Origin: a virus
Length of the DNA: 64,000 nucleotides
Direction: 5' to 3' (one strand)
Virus record (IMG/VR): IMGVR_UViG_3300028706_000553
Below are positions 1 through 8,654 of this stretch, piece by piece; the first letter of the stretch is position 1; each line of letters starts with the position of its first letter. The position numbers and the translations under genes are program-made. The notes under the pieces are model-generated. The model made no database searches and was not told where the DNA came from. It saw only the letters and a list, made by a program, of their open reading frames with translations.

Positions 1-1
1 A

Positions 2-769
2 AGAGATAGACGTGCCAATATAGGTGAATGGGCTAAAAAGAATTCTATTTTAGAAAAACATAGGCGCAGATTAGATAGTAAAAGAAGACAACTCGATCAA
101 GAAAAAATTGATGATACTGGTTTATATGAAAAGAATAAAATAGAATTTGAGAATACGATGGAATGGTCTCCTTATATGAAGGTTAAAAGATTCTTAGATG
201 AATCTTATCCTGAATACGCTTCTAGTCTTTTAGATTCAATATCAGATGGTCAATATGAATCTAAAAAATGGATGAGTGAAGTTTTAAAATCAGGTCAATT
301 AGGTAATAAAGATCCTTTAAAAATTGAAATAGCTGGATCCTGGTTTGGATGGCCAATGATTGAGTTATTAGAAGATGCTATTGTAAAAATAGAAAGTATT
401 GATTTATATGATATAGATGAAGTATGCCATGAAGTAGTTAGAAAATATATATATCATTTCAAACCGAAATATCATATAAATCAATATCATGATTTTTTTG
501 AAAGAGGTGATAAAAGGATCCGGCATTTACTTATTTGCACTTCTTGTGAGCATATGCCAGATATAAGTGAGATGAAAGAATATTATAAAGACACACCCAA
601 ACCAATTCTTGCACTTCAAAGTAATAATTATGTTGAATTGGCAGAACATGAAAACTGTGTTAATAGCTATTCTGAGTTGGCTGAGAAGAATGAAATAAAA
701 GATATAAGGTATCAAGGTGAAAGAGACTTTGGTTATTATAAAAGGTTTATGGTTATAGGAACATGGTAA
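2..769 (+). CDS. 5'-truncated protein with C-terminal class I SAM-methyltransferase-like (Rossmann) domain
   Basis: The frame of ORF 158..769 is open back to the window start (position 2), so the gene begins upstream. Motif I-like IEIAGSWFG, acidic strand IDLYDID, and ICTSCEHM/LQSNNY motifs are shared with the next ORF. Confidence 0.5.
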   Translation, partial: RDRRANIGEWAKKNSILEKHRRRLDSKRRQLDQEKIDDTGLYEKNKIEFENTMEWSPYMKVKRFLDESYPEYASSLLDSISDGQYESKKWMSEVLKSGQLGNKDPLKIEIAGSWFGWPMIELLEDAIVKIESIDLYDIDEVCHEVVRKYIYHFKPKYHINQYHDFFERGDKRIRHLLICTSCEHMPDISEMKEYYKDTPKPILALQSNNYVELAEHENCVNSYSELAEKNEIKDIRYQGERDFGYYKRFMVIGTW

Positions 770-1428
770 AAGAATTTCGCGATTCAAATTATTATAAAGT
801 ATTTAAGTTTGTAAGAAACAATTTTCCAGAATATGAAGATAGTTGGTGTGATTCGATTTCTTTCGATCAGTATGAATCAAAAAAATGGTTATGTGATGTT
901 CTAGATAATTTAAAAATAACGGAAACAGATAATGTCCGAAAATATACTAAAGATGCAGGTGTTACAGGATGGTTTTATCCTCTCTTAATAGATATAGTCG
1001 GGTCATGGTTTGGTTGGCCGTTAATAGAAATGATTGACCAGTTTTCTAAAGGAAGAATTACACGAATTGATTGTTATGATTTTGATGAAACCTGTCAAAA
1101 GGTAATGGCTCAATATAAAAATATGTTTGACCCGAAATATGATATAGTACAACATGATGATTATTTTGAAAGAAAAGAAGTAAGAAGAAGGCACTTGGTT
1201 ATTTGTACTTCTTGTGAACATATGGGAAATTTTAATAGAAGATATTATAAGGGTAATCCTTTTGTTTGTTTACAATCTAATAATTATTTTGATTTACCGG
1301 AGCATACAAATTGTGTAGAAAATGTGGATGAATTAATAAAGAAAAATAAATTGAAAAAGATATGGTATAAGGGTGAAAAAGATTTTGGCACTTATAAACG
1401 TTTTATGACAATTGGACAGTGGCAATGA
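763..1428 (+). CDS. SAM-methyltransferase-like phage protein, paralog of the preceding ORF
   Basis: Shares DGQ/FDQ-YESKKW, GSWFGWP, CTSCEHM, LQSNNY and YKRFMxIG with 158..769. Confidence 0.5.
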   Translation: MVKEFRDSNYYKVFKFVRNNFPEYEDSWCDSISFDQYESKKWLCDVLDNLKITETDNVRKYTKDAGVTGWFYPLLIDIVGSWFGWPLIEMIDQFSKGRITRIDCYDFDETCQKVMAQYKNMFDPKYDIVQHDDYFERKEVRRRHLVICTSCEHMGNFNRRYYKGNPFVCLQSNNYFDLPEHTNCVENVDELIKKNKLKKIWYKGEKDFGTYKRFMTIGQWQ

Positions 1429-2060
1429 AACGGGCTGTTGCATGCATCTGCGTTGGAGATAAGTATAATCTTACTGATGTTAAAATATTAGAACAAATGG
1501 TATTCCAAAATACCACCTATGATATAAACTTTAGAGTATTTGATGAACCAGTATTACCTAAATGGTGGACTAAGGTTTTATATCATTCACCAGTAATAGA
1601 ACCATTTGAAGAAGATGTTGTTTTAGCTTTTGATTTAGATGTAGTTATAAAGGGAAGTATAGATCCTTTGTTTGATTGGGTAGAACAACAAGATTATCTA
1701 TGCGCAGTATGGTGTAGATGGAGAGAGCATATGGATAATTTTGAAGAACAAAGAGATAAAGATATATTTTGTACTCCTTACAATTCTTCAATATTAGGAT
1801 GGAAACCAGATACTTGTTTGAAGATTTGGGAAGAATTTGTTTTTGAAGATATAGAAAAATATAATGGATTCGATACTTATCTTTGGATGAAGAGATTGGA
1901 TCCTATTAGAATACCGGATCATTTTTATTATTCAGCACATTTTGCACAGTATCAAGAATTGGATTATCCGGTGGCCCTTTTTAATAAAGGACAAAACATT
2001 GGTTTAGAAAAACATGAAATAATATCTAAGGTACCATGGGTGAAAAAATACAGGAATTAA
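1419..2060 (+). CDS. GT-A fold glycosyltransferase-like protein
   Basis: N-terminal CICVGDKY, WWTKV, DxD motif (FDLDVVI), YNSSILGW: pattern of phage GT8-like proteins. Confidence 0.6.
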   Translation: MAMKRAVACICVGDKYNLTDVKILEQMVFQNTTYDINFRVFDEPVLPKWWTKVLYHSPVIEPFEEDVVLAFDLDVVIKGSIDPLFDWVEQQDYLCAVWCRWREHMDNFEEQRDKDIFCTPYNSSILGWKPDTCLKIWEEFVFEDIEKYNGFDTYLWMKRLDPIRIPDHFYYSAHFAQYQELDYPVALFNKGQNIGLEKHEIISKVPWVKKYRN

Positions 2061-2803
2061 TATTCTCTATAAACCACGGAGGGTTAGGTGATAGGTTTTG
2101 TATGCTCTCAAATATTTTACATACTATGCAGCACTCCCCTGCGGGCTCAGTGAAATTAAAGGCTTATTTGTATCCACAGGATGAAGCAGACAAAAAATTA
2201 AGAAATAATTTAAAATTTAATAATTTGTTTGAAGTAATAGATTTTTTACATCTTGAAAGGCCGAACAATCCATTTTTAGAAGATAGCGTTGAATTACTTA
2301 ATGAACATAGCGATCACTTTGAAGGATTTATGAAAAATGTTGAGAATGAAATGTATCGATCTTTTAATGATACATTACTTAGAGATGCAAAATATTGGCC
2401 TGTGAGTTATGAAAAATTCGCTAAGAAAAAATATATTACGTATCTACTTTATCACACAGAAAAACTTCATTTTGGTCAGAGTCATAAAATTCTTACTAAT
2501 GAACAGATAGACGTTTTTAAAAATATTATCAGTAATATGACAGAACTTTCTGATAAATTGGAGTTTGTTGAATTGGAGGATTATAATTATGAAAAAAATA
2601 TTGAGTTATTATCTAAGAGTTATTTTCATATAGGGTCAGAAGGAATGTGGACCCACTTATCCAGAGCAATGAATGTTTATACTATAGCGTATTCACTACT
2701 TGATGAATTTATTGGAGAATTTAATCAACAAGGTCATTTTTGTTCGAAAGAGTTTTTAGAGTGTTTGGAAAAAATGAAAGAGAAAAGCAGAGAATTAATA
2801 TGA
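2036..2803 (+). CDS. putative GT-B fold glycosyltransferase-like protein
   Basis: HGGLGDRF near the N-terminus and HIGSEGMWTHLSRA, resembling GT9/GT11-type nucleotide-sugar binding motifs. Confidence 0.4.
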   Translation: MGEKIQELIFSINHGGLGDRFCMLSNILHTMQHSPAGSVKLKAYLYPQDEADKKLRNNLKFNNLFEVIDFLHLERPNNPFLEDSVELLNEHSDHFEGFMKNVENEMYRSFNDTLLRDAKYWPVSYEKFAKKKYITYLLYHTEKLHFGQSHKILTNEQIDVFKNIISNMTELSDKLEFVELEDYNYEKNIELLSKSYFHIGSEGMWTHLSRAMNVYTIAYSLLDEFIGEFNQQGHFCSKEFLECLEKMKEKSRELI

Positions 2804-3606
2804 TACATGTTTATTCAGATAGTTTTGGTGAAACACATGGTGCTGGTACTTGGCCTGCAAAGCTTGAATTTATTAGAGAAGAGGAAGTAAAAATTAACGG
2901 GTCTGGAGGGACCGGTCCAAATTGGAGCTTAAGAAAATTAATTAATGATTTGGAAACTTCAAAGATAAAAAATAAAGATAGTGTAATTGTTTTACTGTCC
3001 GATCAGAAGAGAATGGAATTTCCTTGGTTGGAAAATGATTGGTTAGCAGATGGTATTTTTTTATTAGCAGAAGATATTCCAGAAGAAATAGTAAAACACC
3101 TTAAAGGAGGAACACCAGAATTTGACAAATATAGATATAAGAAATATGAATATGAAATAAGAACAATTGCACAATCATTAGGTCCCATGTTTTTATATGA
3201 GAACGTCAAAAATATAACATTTTTACATTTACTTTCTCAACAGTTTAGTGAAATAAATTTTTTGGTATTTACTTGTTTTAGTCTCAATCATTTTACTTCA
3301 AGATATAAAAATTTTAATATTACATCTACAAAATTATTATATGATTTGGATTTTGAAGAATTAAATTCATCTAATTTTTATTATGTATCAACTCCGGTTT
3401 CATATATGGCCGGCACATATGATGGTGATGAAATGTTGAATAATCATATGACTGTAGAACAAAACGAAAAATTTGGTATCTTTTGTAATGACATATTAAA
3501 TAATAATACACCCGATACTAGCTGGTTTGCTTATAAGGCATATGATGATCCTTATGCAGAACATCAAGGATCAGAGCCGCCAGCACCACTTTTCATTTAC
3601 GATTGA
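2800..3606 (+). CDS. SGNH/GDSL hydrolase-like protein
   Basis: Likely start MIHVYSDSFG at 2800 (ORF track starts at 2740). Block I-like SDSF, G-rich GSGGTGP, late NHMT. Confidence 0.45.
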   Translation: MIHVYSDSFGETHGAGTWPAKLEFIREEEVKINGSGGTGPNWSLRKLINDLETSKIKNKDSVIVLLSDQKRMEFPWLENDWLADGIFLLAEDIPEEIVKHLKGGTPEFDKYRYKKYEYEIRTIAQSLGPMFLYENVKNITFLHLLSQQFSEINFLVFTCFSLNHFTSRYKNFNITSTKLLYDLDFEELNSSNFYYVSTPVSYMAGTYDGDEMLNNHMTVEQNEKFGIFCNDILNNNTPDTSWFAYKAYDDPYAEHQGSEPPAPLFIYD

Positions 3607-3607
3607 T

Positions 3608-4426
3608 ATGACAATACACATTTATGGTGATAGTTTTGGAGTAATTTGTAAACATGATAAAACATGGCCGGCTGAACTATCAAGATTAAAAAAAGAAGAA
3701 ATTGATGTTAAAGCAGAATCGGGTAGTGGACCTAATTTTTCTTTAGATTTATTAATTGCAGATTTAGAAAATAGTTCCATTAAAGATGATGATACAATAG
3801 TTATTCTGTTATCCGATCAGAAGAGAATGGAGTTTCCTTTTGTAAGGAATAATGAACATGTTACAGGTGTTTTTAGAATAGCTGAGGATAATAAAGATTG
3901 GAAACATCCATTTGAGCCAGATAATAAAGATGATCCTTGGCCTGGAGTACAGAATCAGTCCTACTTAAATGATTATAAAAAGGAAACAAAAATTATAGCA
4001 CAAACATTAGGGCCTATGTTTTTATATGAGAATGTTAAGAATATATCTTTTTTACATTTGTTATCTTTAAATTTTAAAAAGATAAGATTTGTGGTATTTA
4101 CTTGTTTCAGTTTAGATCATTATCTAGGAACTTATAAAAACTTCAATATAAATTCAACTGATTTTTTACACAAAATAAAATTTGAATCTTTAGATAGTGA
4201 AAATTTTGATTATGTAAAAATTCCTGTAGGACATATTGTAGGCCTTGATGATACTGGTATTCAATTAGATAATCACATGACACCAGATAAAAATTTAAAA
4301 TTTGGTAAATTAGTATATGATATAATAATGAAAAATGAGATTGATAGATCCTGGTTTAATACACATCCCTATGATGATCCTTTTGAATACCAGTATCCAT
4401 TAGAACCCATTTTCATATACGATTAA
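3608..4426 (+). CDS. SGNH/GDSL hydrolase-like protein, paralog of the preceding ORF
   Basis: Likely start MTIHIYGDSFG (GDSF motif). Shares VLLSDQKRMEFP, IAQxLGPMFLYENVKNI, VFTCFSL, NHMT and PxFIYD with the previous ORF. Confidence 0.5.
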   Translation: MTIHIYGDSFGVICKHDKTWPAELSRLKKEEIDVKAESGSGPNFSLDLLIADLENSSIKDDDTIVILLSDQKRMEFPFVRNNEHVTGVFRIAEDNKDWKHPFEPDNKDDPWPGVQNQSYLNDYKKETKIIAQTLGPMFLYENVKNISFLHLLSLNFKKIRFVVFTCFSLDHYLGTYKNFNINSTDFLHKIKFESLDSENFDYVKIPVGHIVGLDDTGIQLDNHMTPDKNLKFGKLVYDIIMKNEIDRSWFNTHPYDDPFEYQYPLEPIFIYD

Positions 4427-4434
4427 TATAAATA
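4427..4434 (+). promoter_or_regulatory. T4-type late promoter upstream of the tmRNA gene
   Basis: Exact TATAAATA in the intergenic gap. A sigma70-like TATAAT also occurs at 4450-4455. Confidence 0.55.
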
Positions 4435-4440
4435 AGATAA

Positions 4441-4710
4441 GGTTGTTGATATAATTGGATAGCTTTTTAGGACGTGGGTTCGATTCCCACCGCCTCCACC
4501 AGAGAGATATAACTTAGATGTTGTATTTCGCTGATGGGGGCGTAACGGTATTCGACTGAGAGTGAAGGGATTAAGGAGACCTAAGGGTGGTAACCTATAA
4601 CCAATAATCTAATCGCAGATAATACCGATTATTTTCCAGCACAAGTGGCACTCGCCGCTTAATCGCTGATGGGCTTATGATTGTGCCTGGAAACAGAAAC
4701 AATCAACCAC
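4441..4710 (+). ncRNA. ssrA: tmRNA, circularly permuted two-piece gene (acceptor piece first, coding piece second)
   Basis: 3' tRNA-like half GAC-GTGGG-TTCGATT-CCCAC-CGCCTCC-ACCA (4471-4501) precedes the 5' half GGGGGCG-TAACGGTATTCGAC (from 4536). The 7-bp acceptor stem has the G3.U70 alanine determinant. Tag ORF 4615-4662 encodes ADNTDYFPAQVALAA-stop. Outer ends are approximate. Confidence 0.9.
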
Positions 4711-4725
4711 ACATAGAAAGGAAAA

Positions 4726-5241
4726 ATGGCTGAATATAAAAATGAAGAACCCTGCGAATTTGTATACCGCGTTAAAGCAGTATCAAAAGTAGTAGATGGA
4801 GATACAATAGATTGTTGTTTCGATTTAGGATTTGATGTAATGTTTCATAGTCGGGTTCGATTATTGGGTATAGATACTCCGGAATCCAGAACAAGACATA
4901 AGAATGAAAAGGTGTATGGTTTACTTAGTAAAGACGCACTTAAATCATGGGTGCATTGGGCTGTTATGGATGATAGAGATGATATTGATATTGAAATTAG
5001 ATGTCCTGAAGCAGATAGTCGTGGAAAGTTCGGAAGAATTTTAGGCGAAGTTTGGGTAAATTGTAATGCAGAAGGAGAGCACGGTGGTTGGACTAACGTT
5101 AACAAATGGATGTGTGAGAACGGACACGCTGTTGGTTATTGGGGTCAAAATAAAGATGATGTTAAAGGTGAACATTGGGCAAATAGAGAATATCTTTCCG
5201 AACAAGGTAAAATGGCACTTCTTCAATGGGATGAAGATTAA
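4726..5241 (+). CDS. thermonuclease (SNase-like) family nuclease
   Basis: KVVDGDTID, RVRLLGIDTPE, KFGRILGEV and NKWMCENGHA motifs of staphylococcal nuclease-like proteins. Confidence 0.85.
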   Translation: MAEYKNEEPCEFVYRVKAVSKVVDGDTIDCCFDLGFDVMFHSRVRLLGIDTPESRTRHKNEKVYGLLSKDALKSWVHWAVMDDRDDIDIEIRCPEADSRGKFGRILGEVWVNCNAEGEHGGWTNVNKWMCENGHAVGYWGQNKDDVKGEHWANREYLSEQGKMALLQWDED

Positions 5242-6095
5242 TGAAAGCATTCGCTGAAGTAGCAGGTTTGGTATCAAATGCGTATCATGGACAAAATGAA
5301 GTTTCTATGATACGTAGTTTTGAAAGTCCACCAATCATTTTATCAGGGCCATTATTTAAAAGAATATTTGAACTTACAGAAAAAGAAGCTCTTCACTCAA
5401 TTGGATTAAGTGATTTAAAAAATAAATTTCCTAAGGTCCAAGGAAGAGCTAAACAAATTTCTACCTTTACTCAAATGCAACCTAATTCGCAATTTTGGCA
5501 AGGTGGAATAGATGATGAGGATAGACCTGGTGGTTTGTTATTGCATGTGAAAGGAAATGTAACAGGTCAATTCAATCAAGACATGTATACCGAAATATTA
5601 AGAGGTGGTAGACGTGTTATAATGCTAAATGATGATACCATTGAAGAGCAAGAGTTTGAAGACGAATTAAAAGGTCTTCAATCCGAATTCAGAAAATTAG
5701 TCCATGAAATTTTTAAAAAGAAATTAGGCATTAAACCTGATAGCCCTTTATCTTTTTCTGATAATAATTATCCTGAAAATATATTGCGGACAGAATTAGA
5801 TGGACGACAAAAAGCTACCCTCATTAAAAACTATTTGGATGGGATGGAAAAGCTTCTGAAAAATAAGAAGTATAAAGAAGCTGTTTCAGATATGATGTTT
5901 GATATGATTGCAGTAGGTGATTATGAATATAACGAAATTACTATGGAAAAAGTAAAGTTAATTTCAATTTATGTCACAAACTCAAATATAGATCGCTCAG
6001 ACGTCGATAATCTAAGAAAACAATTTAAAGTCCCTATCTATCCAAATGCTTCTCGAACACAAATTGAGAAGATCCTCCAAACAATAAATTCATAA
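5241..6095 (+). CDS. hypothetical protein
   Basis: 284-aa ORF directly abutting the nuclease gene; no recognisable motif. Confidence 0.7.
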   Translation: MKAFAEVAGLVSNAYHGQNEVSMIRSFESPPIILSGPLFKRIFELTEKEALHSIGLSDLKNKFPKVQGRAKQISTFTQMQPNSQFWQGGIDDEDRPGGLLLHVKGNVTGQFNQDMYTEILRGGRRVIMLNDDTIEEQEFEDELKGLQSEFRKLVHEIFKKKLGIKPDSPLSFSDNNYPENILRTELDGRQKATLIKNYLDGMEKLLKNKKYKEAVSDMMFDMIAVGDYEYNEITMEKVKLISIYVTNSNIDRSDVDNLRKQFKVPIYPNASRTQIEKILQTINS

Positions 6096-6103
6096 AAAAA
6101 TAC

Positions 6104-6132
6104 TTGACATTTTGTTGAATATATCGTATAAT
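6104..6132 (+). promoter_or_regulatory. consensus sigma70 (early) promoter for the folE-queC operon
   Basis: TTGACA 6104-6109, 17-bp spacer, TATAAT 6127-6132, A-rich UP-like element upstream. Confidence 0.85.
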
Positions 6133-6163
6133 AATACTATTAAATAATTAATTATAGGAGCAC

Positions 6164-6847
6164 ATGGAAGCACGAAGAAAATGCGATCCAGAGTTGGGTC
6201 AATTAGTAAGTGAACACTTGGAAAGTCTTGGTTTAGAAACACCTATGACACAAGTTCGAAAAAATTATGATAGTGAGACAGCAATTGAATCTATCAAAGG
6301 AAACATGACGGAGATTATGACATCATTAGGATTAGATCTTAAAGATGATTCATTACAAGATACACCCAAAAGAGTAGCACAGATGTTTGTGAATGAAATT
6401 TTTTGGGGACTTGATTATGACAGATTTCCTAAATGCACAAAAATTGAAAATAAGATGAACTATAAAGGTTCATTTGTATTAGAAAGAAATATCAATGTTC
6501 AATCCTATTGCGAGCATCACTTTATTGTTATTGATGGTGTTGCCAGCGTCGCTTATCTCCCAAACAAATATGTTTTAGGGTTATCTAAGTTAAATCGAAT
6601 TGTTCAATTCTTTTCAAAACGTCCTCAAGTTCAGGAAAGGCTTACTGAACAAATTAGAGCTGCGATTGCGTTTGTTGCTCAGACAGAAGATGTTGCCGTT
6701 CAAATTGATGGCGCACATTTCTGTGTTAAATCACGAGGCATTCAGGATCTCAGATCTACAACTGCAACATTCTCTGCATCAGGTGTTTTTTCAGAAGGAT
6801 CACAACGTCAAGAGTTCCTTGCAGGATGTCGTTCTTTAATGGCTTAA
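6164..6847 (+). CDS. folE: GTP cyclohydrolase I
   Basis: DDSLQDTPKRVAQM, SYCEHHF, GLSKLNRIV, RPQVQERLT and HFCVKSRG motifs. Confidence 0.97.
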   Translation: MEARRKCDPELGQLVSEHLESLGLETPMTQVRKNYDSETAIESIKGNMTEIMTSLGLDLKDDSLQDTPKRVAQMFVNEIFWGLDYDRFPKCTKIENKMNYKGSFVLERNINVQSYCEHHFIVIDGVASVAYLPNKYVLGLSKLNRIVQFFSKRPQVQERLTEQIRAAIAFVAQTEDVAVQIDGAHFCVKSRGIQDLRSTTATFSASGVFSEGSQRQEFLAGCRSLMA

Positions 6848-6848
6848 T

Positions 6849-7700
6849 ATGACATACATTTCACATGAAATACCTAGATCACTAATAGATGAACATCAAG
6901 ACTTTATTAGCGATTATCAATTTGTATTACTTCATAAAATTCTAGAAGATAAAGATTACGCAGAGATGGTTTGTGACTTTGCGAATAATGGAGAATTTAC
7001 TTATCTTGATAATAGTTGTTTTGAATTGGGTGAATCATTAGATAATGATATTCTCTATGAATGGTTCCAAAGATTAGAACCAGACTTTGTAGTTCTACCA
7101 GATGTTCTCGGAGATAGAAAAAGAACACTGGAAAGGTCGATTGAATTTGCTAATGATTATCCAGACACAATCCCTAATGGTATGCCCGTTATTCAAGGAG
7201 CAACACCAGATGAAATGATTGATTGCTATAATGACTTTACTGAGTATAGTGATAAATGGCCGATAATTGGTATACCTTTTGTTTATCGTTGGGCTGATAA
7301 AGACCCAACACTTCAGGCGAATGAAAGAATAAAGTTACTTGAAAGAATGGACAGAGAGTGTATTGATAGAGATATCAAACATCATCTATTAGGTACGTGG
7401 CAAGCAAGAGAATTTGCACATTATAGAGATTATAATTGGATTCATAGTATAGATACTTCCAATCCAGTAATGGCAGCATTAGACGGAACACCTTATGCAG
7501 GAATTCACGGATTAACACAAAAACCAACATCAACATTTGATTCTATTTACGATATGAAAGAAGAAGATATTAACTTAGATCTTTTATATTATAATGTTGA
7601 TAGTTTTAGACAAATCGTTACGGGTAAATTTCCTGAGAGAAAATATCCAGAGAATTTAAATTGTTTTAAATACTTTACATATTCAGGACAACATGGCTAA
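6849..7700 (+). CDS. TGT-fold (DpdA-like) 7-deazaguanine transglycosylase-like protein
   Basis: TIM-barrel TGT-like motifs YLDNS, VLPDVLG, PVIQG, HHLLG and SIDTS; lies between folE and queC. Confidence 0.6.
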   Translation: MTYISHEIPRSLIDEHQDFISDYQFVLLHKILEDKDYAEMVCDFANNGEFTYLDNSCFELGESLDNDILYEWFQRLEPDFVVLPDVLGDRKRTLERSIEFANDYPDTIPNGMPVIQGATPDEMIDCYNDFTEYSDKWPIIGIPFVYRWADKDPTLQANERIKLLERMDRECIDRDIKHHLLGTWQAREFAHYRDYNWIHSIDTSNPVMAALDGTPYAGIHGLTQKPTSTFDSIYDMKEEDINLDLLYYNVDSFRQIVTGKFPERKYPENLNCFKYFTYSGQHG

Positions 7701-7923
7701 TAAGATAGATCCAGAACACTATCAAAGTAATACAAAATTGGAAGCGATTGATGTTATAGAAGCTTTCGATTTAAATTTTCATCGCGGAAACGTTGTTAAG
7801 TATGTTTTGCGAGCAGGTAAAAAATCAGAAAAGGGTTACGAGAATAAAGATAAACAATTAGAAGATTTGAAAAAAGCTAAGTGGTATCTTGAAAGAGTAA
7901 TCAAAAATGTTACGGAGGGATGA
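7693..7923 (+). CDS. DUF3310 family protein (T7 gp1.7 nucleotide-kinase-like)
   Basis: IDPEHY...EAIDVIE...FHRGNVVKYVLRAGKK...EDLKKAKWYL signature. Confidence 0.8.
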   Translation: MANKIDPEHYQSNTKLEAIDVIEAFDLNFHRGNVVKYVLRAGKKSEKGYENKDKQLEDLKKAKWYLERVIKNVTEG

Positions 7924-8654
7924 TGGACTTACGAGAAGCTAGAAATAAACTTCCAGAAGTTAAAGAAAATGTTGCAGTTATATTATCCGGTGGCATGGAT
8001 AGTTCTATTGTTACAATGATGTTAGCCCGACATTATGGACCAGAAAAAGTATTTGCTTTAACATTTAACTATGGTCAAAAGCAAGCTGAAGAATGTATGA
8101 AGGCAAAAGAATTATGTCGTGAATTAGGTGTACCACATAAGCAATTAGATATAGGTTATTTCGGAGAGTTAGTTCAACCTATTAGTGCAAATATATCTGG
8201 CACTGATATTGACATGCCCAACATTAAAGAAGTGTTGGGAGATCCCCAACCTGTTACATATGTCCCGTTTAGGAATATGATGTTGTTAAGTAATGCATGC
8301 GCTTTTGCAGAAGTAGTAAATGCAGAATACATTTTTTGTGGACTTCAAGTTCATGATGAATATGGGTATTGGGATACAAGCCAAGCCTTTGTAGATGCAT
8401 TAAATGGCATTACAGTACTAAATAGAACATTCAAGACACAAATTATTGCGCCGTTCTCTTTATTAAGTAAAACAGAAGAATTAAAAATATGTAAAGAGCT
8501 AGGAACATTTAATTTATTAAAGCATACATTAACATGTTACGATCCAGATGAAGAAGGTCGTAGTTGTGGAAGGTGCCCTTCTTGTTCTGAAAGAATTAAA
8601 GCGTTTCAGAATATTCAAGAAATAGATCCAATACCTTATCAGGAAGGCGATTAA
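7920..8654 (+). CDS. queC: 7-cyano-7-deazaguanine synthase
   Basis: SGGMDS PP-loop, FNYGQK, YVPFRNMMLLS, and zinc site TCY...CGRCPSC. Confidence 0.95.
   Translation: MMDLREARNKLPEVKENVAVILSGGMDSSIVTMMLARHYGPEKVFALTFNYGQKQAEECMKAKELCRELGVPHKQLDIGYFGELVQPISANISGTDIDMPNIKEVLGDPQPVTYVPFRNMMLLSNACAFAEVVNAEYIFCGLQVHDEYGYWDTSQAFVDALNGITVLNRTFKTQIIAPFSLLSKTEELKICKELGTFNLLKHTLTCYDPDEEGRSCGRCPSCSERIKAFQNIQEIDPIPYQEGD

Noticed and set aside
4471-4501. Stand-alone tRNA gene suggested by the T-arm and CCA end
   Set aside because: No D-arm or anticodon arm upstream; the matching acceptor 5' strand and a tag ORF lie downstream, so it is part of the permuted tmRNA.
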